Shown in pieces: positions 1-5,716 of a DNA stretch of 5,860 nt. Origin of the DNA: a virus (Duplodnaviria > Heunggongvirae > Uroviricota > Caudoviricetes); IMG/VR virus record IMGVR_UViG_3300029121_000098; one strand, 5' to 3'. The position numbers were made by a program, and so were the translations under genes. Position 1 is the first letter of the stretch, and the number at the start of each line of letters is the position of its first letter. Under the pieces are notes generated by a model. It saw only the letters and a program-made list of their open reading frames with translations. It was not told the DNA's origin and made no database searches.

Positions 1-1
1 T

Positions 2-157
2 ATGAAGCAGCAAAAGGCGATGTTAATCGCCCTGATCGTCATCTGTTTAACCGTCATAGTGACGGCACTGGTAACGAGGAAAGACCTCTGCGAGGTACGA
101 ATCCGAACCGGCCAGACGGAGGTCGCTGTCTTCACAGCTTACGAACCTGAGGAGTAA
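2..157 (+). CDS. hokD: Hok/Gef-family type I membrane toxin, 51 aa (HokD/RelF-like)
   Basis: ATG at 2, TAA at 155-157. Translation MKQQKAMLIALIVICLTVIVTALVTRKDLCEVRIRTGQTEVAVFTAYEPEE: one hydrophobic helix plus a charged tail with a conserved Cys, matching the Hok/Gef family as I recall it. Absent from the ORF track because it is short. The mok/sok partners would lie upstream, outside the window. Confidence 0.88.
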   Translation: MKQQKAMLIALIVICLTVIVTALVTRKDLCEVRIRTGQTEVAVFTAYEPEE

Positions 158-164
158 GAGACCC

Positions 165-186
165 GGCGAGGGAGAAATCCCTCGCC
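165..186 (+). other. Perfect 9-bp stem-loop with GAAA tetraloop in the hok 3' UTR (candidate hok mRNA folding/processing element)
   Basis: GGCGAGGGA-GAAA-TCCCTCGCC; all nine pairs are Watson-Crick, starting 8 nt after the hok stop. Hok mRNAs are known to carry structured 3' elements (fbi); which element this is remains inference. Confidence 0.4.
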
Positions 187-225
187 ACCTCTGATGTGGC
201 AGGCATCCTCAACGCACCCGCACTT

Positions 226-252
226 AACCCGCTTCGGCGGGTTTTTGTTTTT
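226..252 (+). terminator. Rho-independent terminator downstream of hokD
   Basis: AACCCGC-TTCG-GCGGGTT hairpin followed by TTTTGTTTTT. Confidence 0.6.
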
Positions 253-373
253 ATTTTCAACGCGTTTGAAGTTCTGGACGGTGCCGGAATAGAATCAAAA
301 ATACTTAAGTAGCGCGCAGGGATAAGAGGGATGGTCCCTTAAAGGGGAGAGCTAATTATCCGGAAGAATTCTG

Positions 374-625
374 ATGATGAACATCGAAGAACTGCGTAAA
401 ATTTTTTGTGAAGATGGCCTCTATGCTGTGTGCGTTGAAAATGGAAATCTTGTTAGTCATTACCGCATTATGTGTTTGCGAAAGAATGGGGCTGCGTTAA
501 TTAATTTTGTGGATGGTCGAGTGACAGACGGATTTATCTTGCGCGAAGGTGAGTTTGTCACTTCATTACAGGCACTGAAAGAGATCGGAATAAAAGCAGG
601 CTTTTCAGCTTTTGCAGAAGAATAA
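374..625 (+). CDS. rem: Rem-like small prophage protein, 83 aa
   Basis: 83-aa ORF starting MMNIEELRKIF..., same length and gene neighbourhood (hokD - rem - ydfU) as Qin prophage Rem in E. coli K-12 as I recall it; weak GGAAG Shine-Dalgarno 8 nt upstream. Confidence 0.75.
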   Translation: MMNIEELRKIFCEDGLYAVCVENGNLVSHYRIMCLRKNGAALINFVDGRVTDGFILREGEFVTSLQALKEIGIKAGFSAFAEE

Positions 626-691
626 ACTCATCTACAATCTTGCGCGGGGCTGAACTCCCGCTGAGTAACACCGTGCCACCGGAGAAAACCG

Positions 692-970
692 ATGGCACGC
701 AACGTAAAATATTACAATTCTGATAATTCGCCCGTTCTTGCCTGCACGCACGAGCGGTATTCTCACGCATTCAAGTCTGAATGGTTCCAGCACCCTCCAT
801 GCACTGAAGAGCAGGCTGAATGGATAATTCAGTGTTACCGCAGGCGCGGATACGAGGTTAAGAAAGCCCTTAGTCTCGACTACCGTCACTGGATAATCTC
901 AGTCAGATTGCCTTACTCCGAACGCCCACCGCGTCCGTCCCGTACATTCCAGCAACGCATCTGGAGGTAA
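692..970 (+). CDS. Hypothetical prophage protein, 92 aa, Cys/His-containing
   Basis: ATG start with GGAGA Shine-Dalgarno about 7 nt upstream. Its stop (968-970) lies inside the Shine-Dalgarno/start region of the next gene (GGAGGTAACGTG), indicating translational coupling. No family recognised. Confidence 0.5.
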   Translation: MARNVKYYNSDNSPVLACTHERYSHAFKSEWFQHPPCTEEQAEWIIQCYRRRGYEVKKALSLDYRHWIISVRLPYSERPPRPSRTFQQRIWR

Positions 971-971
971 C

Positions 972-2021
972 GTGCGGGTATTACTTCGACCTGTTCTGGT
1001 ACCGGAACTCGGGCTGGTGGTCGTTAAGCCGGGCCGTGAATCCATGCCGGTATTCCACAATACCCGGGTACTGGTGGAGCCGGAACCGAAAAGCATGCGT
1101 AATCTGCCGTCCGGGGTCGTTCCTGCCGTTCGCCAGCCGCTGGTGGAAGACAAAACATTGCTGCCGTTTTTCAGTAACGCACGGGTAATTCGTGCTGCTG
1201 GTGGTGCTGGTGCATTGTCTGACTGGCTGTTGCGCCATATTAAATCCTGCCAGTGGCCACACGGCGATTATCATCACAGCGAAACCGTTATTCACCGTTA
1301 TGGTACCGGCGCAATGGTGTTGTGCTGGCACTGCGACAACCAGCTGTGTGACCAGACATCCGAATCACTCGAGCAGCTTGCTCATCAAAACCTGTCAGCA
1401 TGGATGATTGACGTCATCGGTCACGCAATAAGCGGTACGCAGGAGCGTGAATTATCTCTGGCTGAATTATCCTGGTGGGCGGTCCGCAATCAGGTGGCGG
1501 ACGCGCTACCGGAAGCGGTATTACGTCGTTCGCTGGGGTTGCGTGCGGAAAAAATCCGCTCAATGTACCGTGAAAGCGACATCGTACCGGGAGAGCAGAC
1601 CGCCACCAGCATACTGAAACAGCGCACAAAAAATCTTGCGCCGCTGCCTCACGCCCACCAGCAACAGAACCCACCACAGGAAAAGACGGTGGTCAGCATT
1701 GCCGTTGATCCTGAGTCTCCGGAATCTTTTATGAAACGACCTAAACGTCGCCGCTGGGTTAACGAGAAATACACACGCTGGGTGAAGACACAGCCGTGTG
1801 CGTGTTGTGGTAAGCCAGCCGACGATCCCCATCACCTGATTGGTCATGGTCAGGGCGGAATGGGGACAAAATCTCACGATATTTTCACGCTACCGCTGTG
1901 TCGGGAGCATCACAACGAGCTTCATGCGGATCCGCTGGCGTTCGAAGAAAAGCATGGTTCTCAGGTTGATTTAATTTTTCGTTTTCTTGATCACGCCTTT
2001 GCAACTGGCGTGCTTGGGTAA
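972..2021 (+). CDS. ydfU: YdfU-like prophage protein, 349 aa, with C-terminal HNH-like Cys/His motif
   Basis: GTG start preceded by GGAGG. Length and N-terminus (MRVLLRPVLVPELGLVV...) match Qin prophage YdfU as I recall it. C-terminal segment CACCGKPADDPHHLIGHGQGGMGTKSHDIFTLPLCREHHNELH resembles a zinc-binding HNH-type nuclease motif. Confidence 0.8.
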   Translation: MRVLLRPVLVPELGLVVVKPGRESMPVFHNTRVLVEPEPKSMRNLPSGVVPAVRQPLVEDKTLLPFFSNARVIRAAGGAGALSDWLLRHIKSCQWPHGDYHHSETVIHRYGTGAMVLCWHCDNQLCDQTSESLEQLAHQNLSAWMIDVIGHAISGTQERELSLAELSWWAVRNQVADALPEAVLRRSLGLRAEKIRSMYRESDIVPGEQTATSILKQRTKNLAPLPHAHQQQNPPQEKTVVSIAVDPESPESFMKRPKRRRWVNEKYTRWVKTQPCACCGKPADDPHHLIGHGQGGMGTKSHDIFTLPLCREHHNELHADPLAFEEKHGSQVDLIFRFLDHAFATGVLG

Positions 2022-2033
2022 AAGAGGTGACTG

Positions 2034-2408
2034 ATGCTCATAGATTTGGTTTTACCTTACCCGCCGACGGTGAACACTTACTGGCGACGCCGTGGCAGCA
2101 CATATTTTATCTCGGAGGAGGGAAAGCGTTATCGCCGGGCTGTGGCGCTTATTGTTCGCCAGCAGCGGCTGAAATTAAGCCTGTCCGGAAGGCTGGCGAT
2201 AAAGGTGATTGCAGAGCCACCGGATAAGCGTCGTCGCGACCTGGACAATATCCTGAAAGCACCGCTGGATGCGCTGACGCATGCGGGAGTGTTAATGGAC
2301 GATGAGCAGTTTGATGAAATCAATATCGTTCGTGGTCAGCCAGTATCTGGTGGACGTATGGGGGTGAAGATTTACCCCATAATGCATGAAGAGCAGGTCA
2401 AAAAATGA
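2034..2408 (+). CDS. rusA: RusA-family crossover junction endodeoxyribonuclease (Holliday junction resolvase), 124 aa
   Basis: AGAGGTG Shine-Dalgarno upstream. The acidic core PDKRRRDLDNILKAPLDALTHAGVLMDDEQ aligns with the [30 protein letters not shown] region of E. coli RusA as recalled. Position between the nin-like genes and Q is typical. Confidence 0.82.
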   Translation: MLIDLVLPYPPTVNTYWRRRGSTYFISEEGKRYRRAVALIVRQQRLKLSLSGRLAIKVIAEPPDKRRRDLDNILKAPLDALTHAGVLMDDEQFDEINIVRGQPVSGGRMGVKIYPIMHEEQVKK

Positions 2409-3226
2409 AACTGGAAGATTTACCGAAATACTACTCCCCAAAATCCCCTTGCCTGACCGATGCATCGGCTTCAACGTCAAAAGATGCGCTGAGTATCACT
2501 GATGTGATGGCCGCGCAGGGCATGACACAGAATCGGGCTGAGATGGGGTTTTCTGCGTTCCTGGGGAAAATGGGCATCAGTATGAATGACAGGGCACGGG
2601 CAACAGAATTACTGGCAGATTATGCACTCAGTCGGTGCGATCGTGTGGCGGCGTTGAGAAAACTTCCGGCAGAAATAAAACCGGTAGTGATGCGCATTAT
2701 GGCTTCGTACGCTTTTGAGGATTATGCCCGCAGCGCAGCGAGTAAAAAGCAGTGCCCTTGTTGCTATGGGGAAAAATTTATTGAAAGCGTAGTTTTTACA
2801 AACAAGGTCCAGTATCCGGATGGTAAGCCGCCGGTATGGGCAAAGTGTACGAAAGGTGTGTATCCGTCTTACTGGGAAGAATGGAAAAAAGTCAGGGAGG
2901 TGGTAAAAGTTGCCTGTCCGGAGTGTGGCGGAAAGGGTGAGGTTTCCACCGTCTGTAAGGATTGCCGTGGGCGTGGTGTCGCCATTCACCGTGAAGAGTC
3001 GGTAAAACGTGGTATGCCTGTTATCAGAGACTGCCAGCGTTGTGGTGGTCGTGGCTATGAAAGACTACCATCAACGGAGGCATTTAATGCTATATGCGAG
3101 GTGACAAACCAGATAACACGCGCGTCATGGGAAAAAACAGTTAAGAAATTCTATGATGCGCTGGTGACCCGGTTTGATATTGAAGAAGCATGGGCTGAGC
3201 GGCAGTTAAAAAAGGTAACTAGGTAA
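2405..3226 (+). CDS. Q: Lambda-type late antiterminator Q, 273 aa, with an enlarged Cys-rich insertion
   Basis: ATGA overlap with the rusA stop. Blocks KYYSPKSP, TDVMAAQGMTQNRAEMGFSAFLGK, ASYAFEDYARSAA, CQRCGGRGYERLP and SWEKTVKKFYDALV...VTR align with lambda Q (KFHSPKSP, TDVMAAMGMAQSQAGFGMAAFCGK, ATFAYADYCRSAA, CGRCKGVGYSRMP, TWSRTVKPLYDALV...VTR) as I recall it. Sits immediately upstream of a pR'-like promoter. Confidence 0.88.
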   Translation: MKLEDLPKYYSPKSPCLTDASASTSKDALSITDVMAAQGMTQNRAEMGFSAFLGKMGISMNDRARATELLADYALSRCDRVAALRKLPAEIKPVVMRIMASYAFEDYARSAASKKQCPCCYGEKFIESVVFTNKVQYPDGKPPVWAKCTKGVYPSYWEEWKKVREVVKVACPECGGKGEVSTVCKDCRGRGVAIHREESVKRGMPVIRDCQRCGGRGYERLPSTEAFNAICEVTNQITRASWEKTVKKFYDALVTRFDIEEAWAERQLKKVTR

Positions 3227-3231
3227 CAAGG

Positions 3232-3275
3232 TTGATTTTTCCGGAATCTGTGGTAAATTCATCATAATGATGGGC
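3232..3275 (+). promoter_or_regulatory. pR'-like late promoter with a promoter-proximal sigma70 pause element (Q engagement region)
   Basis: -35 TTGATT (3232-3237), 16-nt spacer, -10 TAAATT (3254-3259), identical to the lambda pR' -10 as I recall it. It is followed by CATCATAATGATGGG, a -10-like repeat resembling the lambda pause-inducing ACGATGGG segment. Confidence 0.55.
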
Positions 3276-3307
3276 TTTTTATGCCTGACGTTAGAAGAGT
3301 TTCTACA

Positions 3308-3332
3308 ACCCGCCGCCGAGCGGGTTTTTTAT
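3308..3332 (+). terminator. tR'-like rho-independent terminator
   Basis: ACCCGC-CGCCGA-GCGGGT hairpin followed by TTTTTTATT, about 45-65 nt downstream of the predicted start site. Confidence 0.6.
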
Positions 3333-3369
3333 TGCGGAATTAATTACGGACCGTTATTATTCTGCTCCC

Positions 3370-3445
3370 GGCCCTTTAGCTCAGTGGTGAGAGCGAGCGA
3401 CTCATAATCGCCAGGTCGCTGGTTCAAATCCAGCAAGGGCCACCA
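3370..3445 (+). tRNA. ileZ: tRNA-Ile2 (anticodon CAT, presumably lysidine-modified to read AUA)
   Basis: Cloverleaf fits: acceptor GGCCCTT/AAGGGCC, D-arm GCTC...GAGC, anticodon loop CTCATAA, T-arm CGCTGG-TTCAAAT-CCAGC, encoded CCA. Near-identical to E. coli ileX as recalled; the C4:G69/C5:G68 acceptor pairs fit an Ile2 (TilS substrate) rather than an elongator Met. Confidence 0.85.
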
Positions 3446-3528
3446 TCACAAACCGCCATTAGCTTATCAGGAAGAGCAGACGACACGATAACAGGGTTGT
3501 TGGTGCGGGGGCGGGTCCCCGATGGCGG

Positions 3529-3605
3529 TCGTTGTTAGCTCAGCCGGACAGAGCAATTGCCTTCTAAGCAATCGGTCACTGGTTCGAATCCAGTACAGCG
3601 CGCCA
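3529..3605 (+). tRNA. argO: tRNA-Arg (anticodon UCU, reads AGA)
   Basis: D-arm GCTC-AGCCGGACA-GAGC, anticodon stem ATTGC/GCAAT with loop CTTCTAA, T-arm ACTGG-TTCGAAT-CCAGT, encoded CCA. The 1:72 acceptor pair is T:C in my fold, so the 5' boundary is uncertain by 1-2 nt. Confidence 0.75.
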
Positions 3606-3715
3606 TATTCATTCTTCCAGATTCCTTCCGGCAGAGCCTTATACTGGAATATACCTGGCTCAGGATATTGTTGAAAACATAATATGTTTGTCAAAAATAA
3701 AAGTTCTGTTAAGTA

Positions 3716-4069
3716 TTGATTGAGTGTTTGTTATACGGTCTAATGGTTTTTTCAGCATTAAATATTTATCATTCATATGGTGTGGGTAGAGTGAATATTG
3801 ATGAGGCGTCGGGGTGTTTCATCCTTAGGCAGCGTATTGATATAGTCAATGCAGCACGAGCAAAGGCCTTCAGCCGTTTGACAGTTTTGTTCTGTGCTCC
3901 TGATCGTCTTTCGGGAAGAGACGTTATTATTCTGAATAGTGATGCTATACAGAGGGTTTGCGATGAGTTCATGGTTGCTAATTCAGAATTATTTGCTCTT
4001 GTTCAGGAGTACAACAGAATAGCCAGGACCTGTGGTATGGATGAACTTCGGATTACTCATCTGGGGTAG
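3716..4069 (+). CDS. Hypothetical 117-aa ORF (TTG start, no clear RBS); possibly a gene remnant
   Basis: Only ORF longer than 100 aa in the roughly 1-kb AT-rich stretch after the tRNAs; same strand as all flanking genes. The first in-frame ATG (3743) also lacks a Shine-Dalgarno. No family recognised. Confidence 0.3.
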   Translation: MIECLLYGLMVFSALNIYHSYGVGRVNIDEASGCFILRQRIDIVNAARAKAFSRLTVLFCAPDRLSGRDVIILNSDAIQRVCDEFMVANSELFALVQEYNRIARTCGMDELRITHLG

Positions 4070-4533
4070 ATACATATCTGGATTATCACCTGTTACGGTA
4101 AAAAGTGATTGCTTACTGTTTTTGTGAATGGCATTGCAGCAGCCGGATAATATCAGTGCTGGCTGACGGTGTGCTGGTGGCGGGTGTGGTGGTTGTTGCT
4201 TTCCCGTTGCTGAAAAAGAAAACGCCAGACTGTTAGCCGGGTATCAGTTAGCGGGAGAAATTTTTAAATACTTCACAATTCAGGCGGTTGACTGTTCTCT
4301 GGTTTGCGGGGAGTTTGTTAAAAGAAACTGGCATGGTGAATCCCCCTGTGCGGAGGGGCAATCAGCGAGTAGGTATATGGGATAATCGCGGATTCAGGTG
4401 CTGGTACTGAATTCACCCGGCACCATGCACTTCAATAGATTCTCTCCACATTATGGATATTCTTTCAGAATATCCCACGCAGACTTTGTGTAAATGTTAA
4501 CAAATGTGCGTTTTATTTGATCTGATTCGCTGT

Positions 4534-4563
4534 TTGAGCGTCCAAAACAACGGTATATATAAT
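4534..4563 (+). promoter_or_regulatory. Candidate sigma70 promoter for the TolA-like lipoprotein genes
   Basis: -35 TTGAGC (4534-4539), 18-nt spacer, consensus -10 TATAAT (4558-4563), about 30 nt upstream of the 4593 start codon. Confidence 0.4.
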
Positions 4564-4592
4564 CCTTTACTATATGACATATGTGAGGAAAA

Positions 4593-5021
4593 ATGGGTTT
4601 TCGTAGCGCATCAATTCTTACGTTGATTATTAGTGGGATTATTATCGGGTGCACTGATGCTGTATCGACAAATTATCATGACCGTACATCATATTACTCC
4701 GATAAAGCAATAGAGACACAGTATGTGAGTTCATCTGAACGTACTTCTGATGTTAGTGAGGATATCCGTCTGTATGCCCATCAAATCAAGAGCGCCATCG
4801 AAAAACAGTTCGGGGATGCGAGTAAGTATTCAGGAAAAGAGTGTACACTGAGAATGCATATGGCCCCGAATGGCCTTCTACTGGAGGTTAAAAGAGAAAG
4901 TGGAGACCTCGATTTATGTCGTGAAGCGATGAATGCGATAAAGAATGCTGATATACCTGCCCCCCCTTCGCCGGAAGTATATAAAGTATTTCAAAATGGG
5001 GTGCTGGATTTTAAACCCTGA
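4593..5021 (+). CDS. Lipoprotein with C-terminal TolA domain III-like fold, 142 aa
   Basis: GAGGA Shine-Dalgarno before the ATG. Signal peptide MGFRSASILTLIISGIIIG with lipobox Cys (IIGC), then a Ser/Thr/Tyr-rich linker. The C-terminus IKSAIEKQFGDASKYSGKECTLRMHMAPNGLLLEVKRESGDLDLCREAMNAIKNADIPAPPSPEVYKVFQNGVLDFKP aligns almost residue for residue with the E. coli TolA C-terminus (QIKSAIESKFYDASSYAGKTCTLRIKLAPDGMLLDIKPEGGDPALCQAALAAAKLAKIPKPPSQAVYEVFKNAPLDFKP) as I recall it, including both cysteines. Confidence 0.8.
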   Translation: MGFRSASILTLIISGIIIGCTDAVSTNYHDRTSYYSDKAIETQYVSSSERTSDVSEDIRLYAHQIKSAIEKQFGDASKYSGKECTLRMHMAPNGLLLEVKRESGDLDLCREAMNAIKNADIPAPPSPEVYKVFQNGVLDFKP

Positions 5022-5171
5022 TATTTATTGTTTTGTAATAAACGGTTTCGGCTTAGGTTTGTTCTGACACAACTACGGCACTGAGCTAAATTTAGCGGAT
5101 AGTCAGCTCTGAGCCAGTGGCGGACGTAACAACTACTATTGCTGAGATTTTAATGGATTGAGGAGCAAGAA

Positions 5172-5567
5172 GTGGGATTAAAGAAAATCGTTATGTTGAC
5201 TTTTTGGGTCGGTTTTGTTGCGGGATGCACACCTTTACACCCTTCAGATTGCCACAAAACTACTGCTACAGGTAGTTGCAGTTCAGGACGCTGGGATGAT
5301 CAGGATGAATGGGGGGCGCAAGCGCGGGGAATCAGAGCTGCAATTAATGCCAAACTTGATGAGCCGCATAACTGGAAAGGGAAAAAATGCAGGTTGCATA
5401 TGGAATTCTCTCAGGATGGCACGGCGTTAAAAATATCTACCAGTAATGGTGATAAAGCCTATTGCGAAGCGATAAAGTCCGCAGCTCATAAAGCCAAATT
5501 TCCGGCCTTCAACAATCCGGAAGTCTACAGAGATTTTCAGAAATCTGGCTTTGACATGCGAGGTTAG
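5172..5567 (+). CDS. Second, divergent TolA domain III-like lipoprotein (paralogue), 131 aa
   Basis: GTG start 6 nt after a GAGGAG Shine-Dalgarno. Signal peptide MGLKKIVMLTFWVGFVAG with lipobox Cys (VAGC). C-terminus GIRAAINAKL...GKKCRLHMEFSQDGTALKISTSNGDKAYCEAIKSAAHKAKFPAFNNPEVYRDFQ aligns with the upstream paralogue and with TolA domain III, keeping both cysteines. Confidence 0.75.
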   Translation: MGLKKIVMLTFWVGFVAGCTPLHPSDCHKTTATGSCSSGRWDDQDEWGAQARGIRAAINAKLDEPHNWKGKKCRLHMEFSQDGTALKISTSNGDKAYCEAIKSAAHKAKFPAFNNPEVYRDFQKSGFDMRG

Positions 5568-5692
5568 CTCTTCAATTACTATATCTCATTCATAGCAAAC
5601 TGACAGATTTGATGATGTTCTATATACGAAACCTGTGATGTCAAGTCTGAGCTAATACAAATAAACATAATATCAGAGAAATACATTTTATT

Positions 5693-5716
5693 AGCTCGCT
5701 ACGGCGAGCTTTTTAT
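5693..5716 (+). terminator. Rho-independent terminator downstream of the lipoprotein pair
   Basis: AGCTCGC-TACG-GCGAGCT hairpin followed by TTTTAT. Confidence 0.5.

Noticed and set aside
558-1153. Minus-strand ORFs (70, 85, 84 aa) across the rem to ydfU interval
   Set aside because: Antisense to consistently oriented + strand genes with Shine-Dalgarno sequences; no independent support.
981-1877. Minus-strand ORFs of 116, 87 and 105 aa inside the ydfU-like gene
   Set aside because: They are fully contained within the longer, RBS-supported + strand gene and have no start context of their own; typical shadow ORFs.
2027-2227. + strand 66-aa ORF overlapping the rusA start in another frame
   Set aside because: Overlaps the RusA-like gene, whose frame carries the recognisable RusA motif; the alternative frame gives a low-complexity product.
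2609-2989. Minus-strand 126-aa ORF inside Q
   Set aside because: Antisense to a gene with clear lambda-Q similarity; a shadow ORF.
3446-3528. Possible third tRNA (argN equivalent) between the two tRNAs
   Set aside because: The 83-nt spacer shows no acceptor, D or T-arm pairing pattern and no TTCGAAT-like T-loop; only a short GGGG/CCCC hairpin is present.
3370-3605. tRNA genes as a phage attachment site or genomic-island boundary
   Set aside because: The tRNAs are embedded in the late operon directly after pR'/tR', as in lambdoid and Stx phages; no integrase or direct repeat is nearby.
4451-4654. Minus-strand 67-aa ORF across the lipoprotein promoter and start
   Set aside because: Overlaps the predicted promoter and signal-peptide coding region of the + strand lipoprotein gene; its AT-rich translation looks like a chance frame.
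5215-5430. + strand 71-aa ORF in an alternative frame within the second lipoprotein gene
   Set aside because: Lies inside the frame that encodes the signal peptide and TolA-like domain; no RBS.
3606-5567. Shiga toxin genes (stxA/stxB) at the canonical site downstream of Q and the tRNAs
   Set aside because: None of the ORFs has the size or sequence character of StxA (about 315 aa) or StxB (about 89 aa with signal peptide); the ORFs present are a 117-aa unknown and two TolA-like lipoproteins.
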